DNA from: an uncultured Sphingomonas sp.
Lineage (GTDB): Bacteria; Pseudomonadota; Alphaproteobacteria; Sphingomonadales; Sphingomonadaceae
DNA length: 64,000 nucleotides
Assembly (NCBI RefSeq): GCF_964237155.1
Contig: NZ_CAXSHH010000001.1
Coordinates: forward strand, 45,891-109,890
Direction: 5' to 3'
The position numbers were made by a program, and so were the translations under genes. Below are positions 34,554 to 44,373 of this stretch, piece by piece. Each line of letters opens with the position of its first letter. The first letter of the stretch is position 1. A model generated the notes under the pieces. That model was not told the origin of the DNA and did not search any database. It saw only the letters and a list, made by a program, of their open reading frames with translations.

Positions 34554-35225
34554 ATGGCCTATGCCGACCAGAAGCGGAACCCGACCGTCGCGATCGGCTC
34601 CGTCGTCCTCGTCCATGTCGGGCTAGGCGCGGCGTTGCTGTCGGGGTTGGTCGTGAAGTTCGCGCCGCCTATCGACAAGACGTTCGAGGCGACCAATGTC
34701 GAGATCGCCCCGCCGCCCGACCCCGTCGAGACGCCGCCGCCGCCCCGCGACGAGATCGTCGTTCCGCGCACGACGACGCCGCCGATCCAGGCGCCGATCC
34801 CCGAAGTGCCGACGCCTACCCGCGTAGACCTTACCACCACGACCTTGCCAATACCGCCCGTACCGGGGCCCGGGCCGATCCGGATCGAGCCGCCGACGCC
34901 ACCCGTGCCGCCGACGCCAAGCGTGAACCTGTCGCGCGGCCTCCGCCCGAGTGGTGATCAGGGACGGTGGTTCCCGCAGGACAGCTACCCGCCCGCCGCC
35001 AGGCGTGCGGGCGCGGAGGGGCGGGTCAGCGTATCGGTCGACGTAGGCACGGATGGGCGCGTGATCGCCTGCCGCGTCACCTCGTCGAGCGGCAACGACG
35101 ACCTGGACAAGGCGACCTGCCGGCTGGCGACGCGCAACGGCCGGTTCGAGCCCGCGCGCGACGCGTCGGGGGCACCGACATCGTCGACCGCCGCGCTCCG
35201 CAACGTCCGCTGGACGCTGGAATAG
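34554..35225 (+). CDS. tonB: Energy transducer TonB
   Basis: N-terminal TM VAIGSVVLVHVGLGAALLSGLVV, a Pro-rich spacer (PPPDPVETPPPPRDEIVVP...) and a TonB C-terminal domain (YPPAARRAGAEGRVSVSVDVGTDGRV). The ATG at 34554 lies inside track ORF 34371..35225. Confidence 0.85.
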   Translation: MAYADQKRNPTVAIGSVVLVHVGLGAALLSGLVVKFAPPIDKTFEATNVEIAPPPDPVETPPPPRDEIVVPRTTTPPIQAPIPEVPTPTRVDLTTTTLPIPPVPGPGPIRIEPPTPPVPPTPSVNLSRGLRPSGDQGRWFPQDSYPPAARRAGAEGRVSVSVDVGTDGRVIACRVTSSSGNDDLDKATCRLATRNGRFEPARDASGAPTSSTAALRNVRWTLE

Positions 35226-35229
35226 CCGC

Positions 35230-35697
35230 TCAGGTCGCCGGCGATCCCGAGGTCAGCGCGTCGATCGCTCCCTGAAGGATGTAGGCGGCGGCCATCTTGT
35301 CGACGAGCTCGGCCCGCTTGGCGCGGCTGGCGTCCTGTTCGAGTAAGACGCGCGTCACCGCCTGAGTCGACCACCGCTCGTCCCATAGAAAGACGGGGCC
35401 GAGGTCCTCGACATTCTTCGCGAAGGCGCGGGTGGATTGCGAGCGAGGGGACTCGGTGCCGTCGAGGTTGATCGGCAGGCCGATCACCAGCCCGGCCACC
35501 GACTGCCCGCGCATGAGGTCGATCAGCGCGATCTTGTCCTTCTGGAACTTGGTGCGGCGGATCAGGATGGCAGGGCTGGCGAAGCTCCACCCCCCGTCGC
35601 AAAAAGCTGTGCCGATCGTCTTGGTGCCGACATCAAGCCCTAGCAGGCGGCCGCCTGGCACCGCTTCGAGGAACGCGGCGCGATCGGTGGTTATCAC
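35230..35697 (-). CDS. ruvX: Holliday junction resolvase-like protein RuvX (YqgF)
   Basis: 155 aa. [15 protein letters not shown]-terminus and [16 protein letters not shown], typical of YqgF. 4-nt overlap with the upstream gene. Confidence 0.92.
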   Translation of the reverse strand: MITTDRAAFLEAVPGGRLLGLDVGTKTIGTAFCDGGWSFASPAILIRRTKFQKDKIALIDLMRGQSVAGLVIGLPINLDGTESPRSQSTRAFAKNVEDLGPVFLWDERWSTQAVTRVLLEQDASRAKRAELVDKMAAAYILQGAIDALTSGSPAT

Positions 35698-36809
35698 CGT
35701 CCTGAGAAAGTCGCGAGCCGCCGCGCGGCGTCGGCGCGGACGTCGGCCCAGAACAGGCTGTAGTCATAGACATGATAGTTGTTGCCCGGCAGCACGTACT
35801 TGGTGAGGTTGGGTGGCTCGCCGATCAGCAGGAAGCCGCGCCCTTGGTCGCAGCGCGCGGGGATCGCGGCGGCGGCGATCGTGGCGGTGGACAGGTCCTC
35901 CGACGGAACCAGCGCGCCGCGATTGGCCGTCGCCGGAGCCGCGCCGTCCGCCGTGCCGGTGATCGGGTTGGTGCACACCATCGGCGTGCCGCGCCGGGGG
36001 CGGCCGTCGAAGCCGGTGGTGGCGTCGTAGGTATCGACGACCAGCGACGGGTCGGCGGGCTCCGCGAAGCTCTGCCACGACAGCAGGCAGCCGCTATCGG
36101 CGGCGGCGCGGCATTCGGGCAAGCCGAGCGCGGCGAGGTCGGTCGCGCGCGAGACGGGCCAGCCGACGACGTAGGCGGCGACCACGCGGCGGCGGAGCGC
36201 GGGGTCGCGGGCGACCTTCTCGCGCAGGAGCGTCGTCAGGTGGAGCGCGCCCTGGCTATGACCGGCTAGGATAAGGGGGCGTGCGCGGTCGACCTGGGCG
36301 AGGAACGCGTCGAATGCGGCGGCGACGTCGCGGTAGGCGAGGGCCAGCGCCCTTTGCGCATCGGCCTCGCTCGTCAGGAACGCGCCGAAGGTCGCCTGTC
36401 GGTAGCGGGGCGCGTAGATGTCGGCGACCTCGTTGAACGTGCTCGCCTGGCCGCGCACGAAGACGTTCGTGCGAAAGTTCGTCTCGCCGTCGCCCGTGAT
36501 CGTGCCGTTCCACGCGTCGCGCGAGACGTAGGAGGTCGGGTGGATGAAGAACATCGCGGCGGGGCGGGTCGTGCCCGGCCGGTAGCCTTCGGGAGTCCAC
36601 AGGGCCGGGTTGTTCGGCAGATCGGGGCGGGCGACCCACATGCCCGGGTCGTCATAGGCGCGCGCGGCGACGCGCGGCTGAGCGCGGAACGGCTCAGAGG
36701 GGACGAGCGCGGCGCGGATGATGTCGTTGCCGTACAGGCGGTAGGCGAAGGCGCCGGCGATCGCGAGCGCGACGAGGAACGCCACGACGTACAGGAACTT
36801 GCGGACCAT
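35694..36809 (-). CDS. DUF3089-like alpha/beta-hydrolase family protein
   Basis: N-terminal TM/signal anchor [18 protein letters not shown] and nucleophile-elbow motif [12 protein letters not shown]. The family assignment is from memory of DUF3089 features. The ATG at 36809 lies inside track ORF 35694..36845. Confidence 0.62.
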   Translation of the reverse strand: MVRKFLYVVAFLVALAIAGAFAYRLYGNDIIRAALVPSEPFRAQPRVAARAYDDPGMWVARPDLPNNPALWTPEGYRPGTTRPAAMFFIHPTSYVSRDAWNGTITGDGETNFRTNVFVRGQASTFNEVADIYAPRYRQATFGAFLTSEADAQRALALAYRDVAAAFDAFLAQVDRARPLILAGHSQGALHLTTLLREKVARDPALRRRVVAAYVVGWPVSRATDLAALGLPECRAAADSGCLLSWQSFAEPADPSLVVDTYDATTGFDGRPRRGTPMVCTNPITGTADGAAPATANRGALVPSEDLSTATIAAAAIPARCDQGRGFLLIGEPPNLTKYVLPGNNYHVYDYSLFWADVRADAARRLATFSGR

Positions 36810-36875
36810 GCCGGGGCCCGTGCCCGAACGGACACGCGCTTGCAACGCCGCGACCTGCGCGGTAGCCGCCCGGTC

Positions 36876-37163
36876 ATGTCAGTCGACGAAGCAACCGTGA
36901 AACGCATCGCGAAGCTCGCCCGCATCGCGATCACCGACGAGGACGCGGCCAAGCTCGCGCCCGAGCTGGGCAACATCCTGGGCTGGATCGAGCAGCTGGG
37001 AGAGGTCGATACGAGCGGCGTCGAGCCGATGACGGCGGTGATCCCGAACACGCTCCGGCTGCGGGACGACGTGGTCACCGACGGGGGCGTCCGCGATGCG
37101 GTGCTCGCCAACGCGCCTCAGGCCGAGCATGGCTTCTTCACGGTTCCCAAGGTGATCGAGTAG
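36876..37163 (+). CDS. gatC: Asp/Glu-tRNA amidotransferase subunit C
   Basis: 95 aa. [41 protein letters not shown] is a canonical GatC. Confidence 0.93.
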   Translation: MSVDEATVKRIAKLARIAITDEDAAKLAPELGNILGWIEQLGEVDTSGVEPMTAVIPNTLRLRDDVVTDGGVRDAVLANAPQAEHGFFTVPKVIE

Positions 37164-38647
37164 TGAGCGACATCACCGATCTTGGCGTCGCGGCTCTGCG
37201 CGACGGGATTCGCCTGGGCTGGTTCTCGGCGCGCGAAGTTGTGGACGCGTTCATCGTGAAGGTGAGCCGCGCCAGGACGCTCAACGCGTTCCTGGTCGAG
37301 ACGCCCGACCACGCGATCGCCGCCGCCAAGGCTGCCGACGCCGCGCGGGCTGCCGGAGAGGTGCTCGCGCCGCTCGCGGGGGTGCCGCTCGGGATCAAGG
37401 ATCTGTTCTGCACGAAGGGTGTCGCGACCACAGCCGGGAGCCTGATCCTGGAAGGCTTCACGCCGCCCTACGAGTCGACGGTCACGCGAAACCTTTGGGA
37501 CGCGGGCGCGGGAATGCTCGGCAAGCTCAACATGGACCAGTTCGCGATGGGGTCGTCGAACGAGACCTCCGCGTTCGGCAACGTGCTGTCGCCGTGGCGG
37601 CGGTCGGACGGCGGCAACGCGACGCTTGCGCCTGGCGGGTCGTCGGGCGGGTCGGCGACGGCGGTGTCCGCTCGGCTATGCCCGGGTGCGACGGGCACCG
37701 ATACGGGCGGCTCCATCCGGCAGCCCGCGGCGTTCACCGGCATCGCTGGGATCAAGCCCACCTATGGCCGCTGCTCGCGCTGGGGGACGATCGCGTTCGC
37801 GTCGTCGCTCGACCAGGCGGGGCCGATGGCGCGCGACGTGCGCGATTGCGCGATCCTGCTGGAGGCGATGAGCGGGTTCGATCCCAAGGACGCGACCTCG
37901 CTCCAGCTCGACGTTTCGCGCTGGGAGGACGGGCTGTCGGCGAGCATGCGCGGCAAGCGCGTCGGCATCCCCAGGGAATACCGCGTTGATGACATGCCCG
38001 AGGAGATCGATGCGCTGTGGCGGGCCGGGATCGACTGGCTGCGCGACGCGGGCGCGGAGATCGTCGAGGTGTCGCTCCCGCATACCAAGTACGCGCTACC
38101 CGCTTATTACATCATCGCGCCTGCCGAGGCGTCGTCCAACCTCGCCCGCTATGACGGCGTGCGATACGGCCTGCGCGACCTGCCCGAGGGGGCGGGGCTG
38201 CAGGACATGTACGCCGCGACGCGCGCCGACGGCTTCGGGGCGGAGGTCAAGCGCCGGATCATGATCGGCACCTATGTGCTCTCGGCGGGTTTTTACGATG
38301 CCTATTACACCCAGGCGCAGAAGGTCAGGGCGTTGATCGCGCGCGATTTCGAGCAGGCGTTCGAGCGGTGCGACGTGCTCCTCACCCCGACCGCGCCATC
38401 GGCGGCGTTCGCGCTGGGCGAGAAGTCGGCCGACCCGATCGCGATGTACCTGAACGACGTCTTCACGGTGCCGTCGTCGCTGGCGGGGCTACCCGCCATG
38501 TCGGTGCCCGGCGGTCTCGACAAGCAGGGCCTGCCGCTCGGCCTGCAGATCATCGGCCGCGCGCTCGACGAGCAGGGCGTGCTGAACGCCGGGCTGGCGT
38601 TGGAGGAGCGAGCGGGATTCACGGCACGGCCAGACGCTTGGTGGTGA
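37163..38647 (+). CDS. gatA: Asp/Glu-tRNA amidotransferase subunit A
   Basis: 494 aa. Amidase signature [11 protein letters not shown] and [13 protein letters not shown]. Confidence 0.96.
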   Translation: MSDITDLGVAALRDGIRLGWFSAREVVDAFIVKVSRARTLNAFLVETPDHAIAAAKAADAARAAGEVLAPLAGVPLGIKDLFCTKGVATTAGSLILEGFTPPYESTVTRNLWDAGAGMLGKLNMDQFAMGSSNETSAFGNVLSPWRRSDGGNATLAPGGSSGGSATAVSARLCPGATGTDTGGSIRQPAAFTGIAGIKPTYGRCSRWGTIAFASSLDQAGPMARDVRDCAILLEAMSGFDPKDATSLQLDVSRWEDGLSASMRGKRVGIPREYRVDDMPEEIDALWRAGIDWLRDAGAEIVEVSLPHTKYALPAYYIIAPAEASSNLARYDGVRYGLRDLPEGAGLQDMYAATRADGFGAEVKRRIMIGTYVLSAGFYDAYYTQAQKVRALIARDFEQAFERCDVLLTPTAPSAAFALGEKSADPIAMYLNDVFTVPSSLAGLPAMSVPGGLDKQGLPLGLQIIGRALDEQGVLNAGLALEERAGFTARPDAWW

Positions 38648-38687
38648 GACCCCGGCGATTGCGATAGAGCGGACGCGGAGGCCACTC

Positions 38688-38993
38688 ATGAACGTCCATG
38701 CACCAGTCGCAAACTTCGAGGTCGAGATGTCGGCCGACGGCGAAGTGTTGGTTCCCGAGCCGGTCAGGAAGGCGGCGGGCCTGATCCCTGGCGCGCGCCT
38801 CGTGATCGGCATCAACGACGACGGAGAAGTCGTGTTGTTGACACGCATACAGGCGCGGCGGCGCGGCGAGACGCCTGACGCGCGCAGCGAGCGCATCGCA
38901 GCTGCGCTTAGGGAGATCGGGGACGGTCGCTACTCCACCGGGCAGTCCACCGCGGAGGTGATGGCCGAGCTGCGCGGCGGGCGGCAAGGATGA
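38688..38993 (+). CDS. vapB: AbrB/MazE/SpoVT-type antitoxin (VapB-like)
   Basis: 101 aa. Swapped-hairpin-type N-terminus EVEMSADGEVLVPEPVRKAAGLIPGARLVIGINDDGEVVL. The stop overlaps the PIN gene start (ATGA). Confidence 0.72.
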   Translation: MNVHAPVANFEVEMSADGEVLVPEPVRKAAGLIPGARLVIGINDDGEVVLLTRIQARRRGETPDARSERIAAALREIGDGRYSTGQSTAEVMAELRGGRQG

Positions 38994-39403
38994 TCTTCGC
39001 CGATTGCAACATCATTATCGACGTTATCAATGTCGATGACGCGTGGTCCGACTGGTCGCGCGAGAAGCTGCGAGCGCTGTCCGAAGCCGGCCGGGAGGTG
39101 ATCATCAACAATGTCGTAGTCGCGGAGATCGCGTCGAACTTCCCATCGCTTGATCGGCTGGTCGCGGCGATGGATCAACTGGACATCGAGATCATAGCTC
39201 TCGACGACGAGGCGGCGTTCGCCGCCGGGCAAGCCTTCCGCTCCTATCGTCGCCAGCACCGCGAGCGCGACGCGATCCTTGCGGATTTCCTGATCGGTGC
39301 GCACGCCGAGCAGCTAGGCGCGGTGCTGCTGACGCGAGATGCGTCGCTGTACGCTCGCTACTTTCCTAATCTCCCCCTCATCACTCTGGACACGCCTTCA
39401 TGA
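38990..39403 (+). CDS. vapC: PIN-domain ribonuclease toxin VapC
   Basis: 137 aa. Acidic PIN residues are in the expected places (D5 in MIFADCN, E in VVVAEIAS, D in [11 protein letters not shown] in LLTRDASL). It is visibly AT-richer than its neighbours. The stop overlaps the gatB ATG. Confidence 0.82.
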   Translation: MIFADCNIIIDVINVDDAWSDWSREKLRALSEAGREVIINNVVVAEIASNFPSLDRLVAAMDQLDIEIIALDDEAAFAAGQAFRSYRRQHRERDAILADFLIGAHAEQLGAVLLTRDASLYARYFPNLPLITLDTPS

Positions 39404-40872
39404 CGACGAGCGATTACCGCATCCAGGGCGACACCGGTGAGTGGGAGGTCGTGGTCGGCCTGGAGGTCCATGCGCAGGTGACCTCCAACGCCAAGCTGTT
39501 CTCCGGCGCGGCGACGGCTTTCGGTGCGGAGCCGAACACGCAGGTGTCGCTGGTCGACGCGGCGATGCCGGGGATGTTGCCGGTGCCGAACCGCGAGTGC
39601 ATCCGCCAGGCGGTGCGGACCGGCATGGCGCTGGACGCCAAGATCAACCGATGGTCGCGGTTCGATCGGAAGAACTATTTCTACGCCGACCTGCCGCAGG
39701 GATATCAGATCAGCCAGCTCTACCATCCGCTCGTCGGCGAGGGCGCGGTCGAGATCGCGCTGGACGAGAAGGACCCGGACGGGGCGACCAAGACGATCGG
39801 CGTGGAACGCATCCATGTCGAGCAGGATGCGGGCAAGCTGATGCACGACCAGCATCCGACACGGTCGTACGTCGACCTGAACCGGTCGGGCGTGGCGTTG
39901 ATGGAGATCGTGTCGCGGCCCGACCTCGCGTCGCCGGCGGAGGCCGGAGCTTATCTGCGCAAGCTGCGGTCGGTGCTGCGCTATGTCGGGTCGTGCGACG
40001 GGAACATGGAGGAGGGGTCGATGCGCGCCGACGTCAACGTCAGCGTGCGCAGGACGGGCGAGCCGTTGGGGACGCGGACGGAGACCAAGAACGTCAACTC
40101 GGTCCGGTTCGTGATGGCGACGGTCGAGTTCGAGGCACGGCGGCAGGTCGAACTGCTGGAGGAGGGCGGCCAGGTCGTCCAGGAGACGCGGCTGTTCGAT
40201 CCCGATCGCGGCGCGACCCGGTCGATGCGGTCCAAGGAGGACGCGCACGATTACCGCTACTTCCCGGATCCCGACCTGTTGCCGCTCGAGCTGGACGACG
40301 CGTTCCTCGACGAGTGCCGCGCGTCGTTGCCCGAGCTGCCGGACACCAAGCGGCGGCGGTACGAGGCGGCGGGCGTCACGCCCTACAACGCCAACGTCTT
40401 GACCGCCGAGGTCGAGACGGCGCGCTGGTTCGACGCGCTGCTGGAGGCGGGCGCGGAGCCTCGGGCGGCGGCGAATTGGGTCGGGAGCGAGCTGTTCGGC
40501 GCGCTAGGCCGGCTGGGGCTGGGGATGGAGGCGAGCCCGGTGTCGCCGCGCCAGGCCGCGGAACTGCTCGGGCTGGTCGCGGACGGCACCCTGTCGGGCA
40601 GCCTGGCCAAACAGGTGTTCGAGGTGATGCTGGAAACGCGCCAGGACGCGGGCGCGGTGGTCGAGGAGCGCGGGCTGAGGCAGGTGACCGACACCGGCGC
40701 GATCGAGGCGGCCATCGCCGGGATCATGGCGACGAACGCTGAAAAGGTCGCGGATTACCGCGGCGGCAAGGACAAACTGTTCGGCTTCTTCGTCGGTCAG
40801 ACGATGAAGGCGATGGGCGGCAAGGCGAACCCGGGCGTGGTGAACGAGCTGCTGAAGAGGGCGCTGAGCTGA
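39400..40872 (+). CDS. gatB: Asp/Glu-tRNA amidotransferase subunit B
   Basis: 490 aa. [14 protein letters not shown]-terminus, [17 protein letters not shown], and a C-terminal YqeY-like tail. Confidence 0.96.
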   Translation: MTTSDYRIQGDTGEWEVVVGLEVHAQVTSNAKLFSGAATAFGAEPNTQVSLVDAAMPGMLPVPNRECIRQAVRTGMALDAKINRWSRFDRKNYFYADLPQGYQISQLYHPLVGEGAVEIALDEKDPDGATKTIGVERIHVEQDAGKLMHDQHPTRSYVDLNRSGVALMEIVSRPDLASPAEAGAYLRKLRSVLRYVGSCDGNMEEGSMRADVNVSVRRTGEPLGTRTETKNVNSVRFVMATVEFEARRQVELLEEGGQVVQETRLFDPDRGATRSMRSKEDAHDYRYFPDPDLLPLELDDAFLDECRASLPELPDTKRRRYEAAGVTPYNANVLTAEVETARWFDALLEAGAEPRAAANWVGSELFGALGRLGLGMEASPVSPRQAAELLGLVADGTLSGSLAKQVFEVMLETRQDAGAVVEERGLRQVTDTGAIEAAIAGIMATNAEKVADYRGGKDKLFGFFVGQTMKAMGGKANPGVVNELLKRALS

Positions 40873-40970
40873 GCGCGCCGAGACTGGCTTGCACCGCAGA
40901 ACTGATTTGTTAACCTACCGTTGGTTAGATGATTCGACCGGGGGGTCGGATCAGAGCCGGGGGGAAAGAC

Positions 40971-41732
40971 ATGAAGCGCGTGTTCGGTTGGTCGGTGGCT
41001 GTCGCCATGGTCATGGCGCCGACGGCGGCGATCGCCGGTCCGAAGCAGCTGACCGCGTCGGGTTACCAGTTGCCGTCCGACAAGCCCGTCTCGATCGTGC
41101 TGATGCGGCCCGACGTGCAGGTCGGCCAGCTGCAAGCGGGCGGCGCGATCGAGCCGAATGCCAACTGGACCAAGGCCGCGCGCGACAATCTGCTCGTCGC
41201 GATGGACGCGCACAGCAAGGCGCGCGGGCTGGGGATGACGGTGATGCCGGAACCGGAGGGCGAGGCGGGCAAGTTGGTCACCGACTATGAGGCGCTTCAC
41301 CGCGCCGTCGCGACGGCGATCCTGACGCACAAATATCAGGGCGCGAAGCTGCCGACCAAGAAGGATCGGTTCGACTGGATGCTCGGGCCGGGCGCGGGAG
41401 CGCTGGGCCAAGCGACGGGGGCCAATTACGCGTTGTTCTTCGTCGGGCGCGATAATTTCGCGACCGCCGGGCGCAAGGCGGCGCAGGTCGCGGGCATGTT
41501 GGGGTGCTTGGTCGGTTTTTGCGTGATCACGAAGGGCGGGCAGCACATCTATTACGCCTCGCTGGTCGAGCTTTCGACGGGCAATGTCGTCTGGTTCGAC
41601 CTGCTGCGCGGGTCGGAGGGCGATGTCCGCACGCCCGAGGGCGCGAAGGCGATGGTCGATGTCGTGATGGCGTCGCTGCCGACCAAGCCGGGGCAGGGTC
41701 CCGTCCAGACCGCCGCCGTCGCCGCGCGCTGA
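40971..41732 (+). CDS. Hypothetical secreted protein (253 aa)
   Basis: Signal peptide MKRVFGWSVAVAMVMAPTAAIAGP. GC3-rich frame. The M48 peptidase gene follows 8 nt downstream. I recognise no motif. Confidence 0.6.
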   Translation: MKRVFGWSVAVAMVMAPTAAIAGPKQLTASGYQLPSDKPVSIVLMRPDVQVGQLQAGGAIEPNANWTKAARDNLLVAMDAHSKARGLGMTVMPEPEGEAGKLVTDYEALHRAVATAILTHKYQGAKLPTKKDRFDWMLGPGAGALGQATGANYALFFVGRDNFATAGRKAAQVAGMLGCLVGFCVITKGGQHIYYASLVELSTGNVVWFDLLRGSEGDVRTPEGAKAMVDVVMASLPTKPGQGPVQTAAVAAR

Positions 41733-41740
41733 GCGGCGAC

Positions 41741-42916
41741 ATGCGCCCAACCAGCCTCGCACCGCTATGCTGGGCGCTGCTCGTCGCGGCGGCTCCGCAG
41801 GCCGCCCCCGCGCCATCGCAGGGCCGCGACGTAATCGTCATCGCGCCCTCGGGCGGGCCGGACGACAAGGACGAGCGCGGGCTGTGGATGCAGGCGGACG
41901 AGGCCGAGCGGCGGCTGAAGGCGTCGAACTTCGTCATCCGCGACGCTGCGCTGAACGAATATATCAGGTCGGTCCTGTGCCGCACCGTCGGTGACAAGGA
42001 GTGCGGAGCGACGCGCGTGTATGTGACGCGCACGCCCTATTTCAACGCGTCGATGATGCCCAACGGCGTGATGCAGGTCTGGTCGGGGTTGTTCCTGCGC
42101 GTCCGCGACGAGGCGCAGCTGGCGGCGGTGCTCGCGCATGAATACGCGCATTATAAGGAGCGGCACTCGCTCCGGCTGTTCCGCAACATCAAGAGCAAGA
42201 CGAACGCGGTCGCGTTCCTGTCGATCCTGCCCGTCGGCGGTCTGGCGGCGGGCGCGATCGGCGCGGCGCAGCTGGGGATGATCGGATCGGTCTTCGGCTT
42301 CTCGCGCGAGATGGAGCGCGACGCCGACGCGGCGTCGGTGACCGCGATGACGGCGGCGGGCTATGATCCCAACGCCGCGCCGGGCATCTGGCGGCAGATC
42401 AACGCCGAGGCGGAGGCGACCGCCGCCGCGCGCAAGCGGCGCAAGCGGTCGGAGGGCGGCATGTTCGCGAGCCATCCGCCGAGCGCGGAGCGGATCGCCG
42501 CGCTCGATGCACAGGCGGCGGGGCGGGCGGGCGAGCTGGGGGCGGATCGGTACCGCGCCGCGCTCGCGCCGTTCTGGGCGGACTTCATCGACGATCAGGT
42601 GAAGATCAACGATTTTGGGGGGACCGAGCTGTTGCTGGCGCAATTGGCGGGCGGCCGCTGGACGCCCGACCTGCTTTATGCGCGCGCCGAGTTGTACCGG
42701 GCGCGGGGTGCGGCGGGCGATTACGAGCGGGCCGTCGGGTTTTACGAGAGCGCGCTCGCCGCGGGCACCGCGCCCGCCGAAGCGCATCGCGGGCTGGGCC
42801 TGTGCTATTTGAGGGTCGGCCAGGCCGTTCGGGGCAAGGCGTCGATTGGGCGCTATCTGGAGATCAAGCCGGGCGCGAGCGACCGGGCGATGATGACCAT
42901 GTTGACGGGGGTATGA
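41741..42916 (+). CDS. M48 family metallopeptidase with C-terminal TPR-like region (BepA/YfgC-like architecture)
   Basis: Signal-like N-terminus. Zinc motif HEYAHYKERH. Downstream ERDAD and SHPPSAERI segments typical of M48. TPR-like C-terminus (AELYRARGAAGDYERAVGFYESAL...). Confidence 0.8.
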   Translation: MRPTSLAPLCWALLVAAAPQAAPAPSQGRDVIVIAPSGGPDDKDERGLWMQADEAERRLKASNFVIRDAALNEYIRSVLCRTVGDKECGATRVYVTRTPYFNASMMPNGVMQVWSGLFLRVRDEAQLAAVLAHEYAHYKERHSLRLFRNIKSKTNAVAFLSILPVGGLAAGAIGAAQLGMIGSVFGFSREMERDADAASVTAMTAAGYDPNAAPGIWRQINAEAEATAAARKRRKRSEGGMFASHPPSAERIAALDAQAAGRAGELGADRYRAALAPFWADFIDDQVKINDFGGTELLLAQLAGGRWTPDLLYARAELYRARGAAGDYERAVGFYESALAAGTAPAEAHRGLGLCYLRVGQAVRGKASIGRYLEIKPGASDRAMMTMLTGV

Positions 42917-43533
42917 CGATGACGGGGAAGAACAGGCTCGCGATCGCGGGTGCGTTGATGCTGGCGGCGGCGGGGCCGGCGATGGCGGGGTTCAAGCTGA
43001 TGCCGAAGGGGGTACCCGTCGCGGTGCGCTCGTCGACGCTGACGGTTACGCCCACGGTCGACTGGAATCGGCTCGGCTCGAAGGTCGGGCGCAACGCGGA
43101 GGCGTGGACGCTCGACGGACAATCGCTGAACGAGGTCACCTTCTATGCAGGCATCGGCGCGGGGCAGACACTATTTCGCGAGGTCGACAAGAAGAACAAG
43201 CCGCTGCCGAAATTCAGCGGGAAGATGCTCGCGCCCGAGATCGTCCAGCTGTTCGAGTCGAGCTACCGCGTGGCGGTGGGCACGCCGCTGTTCGGGATCG
43301 ACGAGGCTGGGCCGGCGACGTTCATGGGGCGTCCGGGCTTCCGCTTCCGATACAACTTCACCGTGCAGGACGAGGAGATCCGGCGCACGGGCGAGGCGAT
43401 GGGCGCGGTGGTCGACGGCAAGCTGTACATGATCGCCTTCGAAGCGCCGACACTGCATTATTTCGACCGCGACGTCGCGGCCTACCGCGCGTTAGCCGCG
43501 AGCGCCGCGCTAGGTGCCGCAGCGAAGAAATAA
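42913..43533 (+). CDS. Hypothetical secreted protein (206 aa)
   Basis: The start overlaps the M48 stop (ATGA). Signal peptide MTMTGKNRLAIAGALMLAAAGPAMAG. I recognise no motif. Confidence 0.6.
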   Translation: MTMTGKNRLAIAGALMLAAAGPAMAGFKLMPKGVPVAVRSSTLTVTPTVDWNRLGSKVGRNAEAWTLDGQSLNEVTFYAGIGAGQTLFREVDKKNKPLPKFSGKMLAPEIVQLFESSYRVAVGTPLFGIDEAGPATFMGRPGFRFRYNFTVQDEEIRRTGEAMGAVVDGKLYMIAFEAPTLHYFDRDVAAYRALAASAALGAAAKK

Positions 43534-43550
43534 GCGAGCCGGGCCGTGGC

Positions 43551-43754
43551 CTATTGCGCGTCGCGGTCCTGGTTCTTGACCTCGCCGCCGGTGCCCGCGA
43601 CCCCGGCATAGTCGCCGGTCCTGGTCATGGGGTCGGGTTCGTCGCCGCCTTCGCCGCGATCGACGGCGTCGGAGCGGGCCTGGACGACCTGCTCGATGTC
43701 GGAGCGGTCGTCGGCGTCGTTTCCGTCGTCGGGCGCGCGGTCGGTGTCGGTCAT
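43551..43754 (-). CDS. Small acidic low-complexity protein (67 aa)
   Basis: MTDTDRAPDDGNDADDRSDIEQVV... GC3-rich codons. AGGAAGGA SD upstream. It is the third gene of a co-directional trio. Confidence 0.5.
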   Translation of the reverse strand: MTDTDRAPDDGNDADDRSDIEQVVQARSDAVDRGEGGDEPDPMTRTGDYAGVAGTGGEVKNQDRDAQ

Positions 43755-43774
43755 GGTCGGTCCTTCCTGACGCC

Positions 43775-44107
43775 CTAGCGGCTGGTGCCGGCGAGGCCGC
43801 CGAAGCTGGCGGTCATGCCGTCGGTCGAGCCGATGTCGCCGGTGTCGTCCGCCTCGCGGTGGCGGACGCCGCTGGAGGCCGCCGTGGAAACTTGGGCGGC
43901 CGCGATCGGGGCGTCGCCGCCGGGGGCCGCTTCGCCCTCCTCGTCCGGGTCGCCGAACGGGTTCATGTCGCCCGGGTCGGGTTCGGCGCCGGGCATCGTC
44001 TCGCCCGGATCGCCGCCGACCTGCGCTGTGCCCTCGCCAGAACCCGCGCCAACACCATCATCGGCATCAGCGAACAGGTCGGGGCTCGTGTCGTCGATCT
44101 TCTCCAT
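43775..44107 (-). CDS. Small acidic low-complexity protein (110 aa)
   Basis: MEKIDDTSPDLFADADDGVGAGSGEG...GDMNPFGDPDEEGE. GAGGAGGGAAG SD upstream. GC3-rich. Confidence 0.5.
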   Translation of the reverse strand: MEKIDDTSPDLFADADDGVGAGSGEGTAQVGGDPGETMPGAEPDPGDMNPFGDPDEEGEAAPGGDAPIAAAQVSTAASSGVRHREADDTGDIGSTDGMTASFGGLAGTSR

Positions 44108-44118
44108 CGCTTCCCTCC

Positions 44119-44256
44119 TCAGAATTCGGGGGGCTGCGCCGTGCCCGGGTCGCTCGCGGGCATGCCCGGCGAGGGCTGGTCGAAGTCGGGGGCGGGGGGA
44201 TCGAACTCGGGCACGGGCGAGGGCGTGGGCGTTTCAGGTGGGGGCTGGGTGGCCAT
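44119..44256 (-). CDS. Small Pro/Asp-rich protein (45 aa)
   Basis: MATQPPPETPTPSPVPEFDPPAPDFDQPSPGMPASDPGTAQPPEF. AAGGAG lies 7 nt upstream. It ends 11 nt before the next gene's ATG. It is not in the ORF track because it is under 60 aa. Confidence 0.4.
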   Translation of the reverse strand: MATQPPPETPTPSPVPEFDPPAPDFDQPSPGMPASDPGTAQPPEF

Positions 44257-44317
44257 GGTCGGTGCTCCTTCTCCGCGCTACAACGCGCGCGGGGCGTCGC
44301 GGTTGCCTTTCCGGCGC

Positions 44318-44345
44318 TTGCCGAGCGGGTGGGCGTTGGTATAGG
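44318..44345 (+). promoter_or_regulatory. Possible sigma70-type promoter for tRNA-Leu (TTGCCG-N16-TATAGG)
   Basis: The hexamers lie 29-56 nt upstream of the mature tRNA 5' end. This is a pattern match only. Confidence 0.3.
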
Positions 44346-44373
44346 GCCGCGCGCTACGGCGGGTCCAATCTGT

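Noticed and set aside
40910-40927. CtrA-box-like sequence TTAA-N7-TTGG and inverted repeat TAACC/GGTTA upstream of the secreted-protein operon
   Set aside because: The second half-site does not match TTAAC, and a 5-bp inverted repeat is too weak to call.
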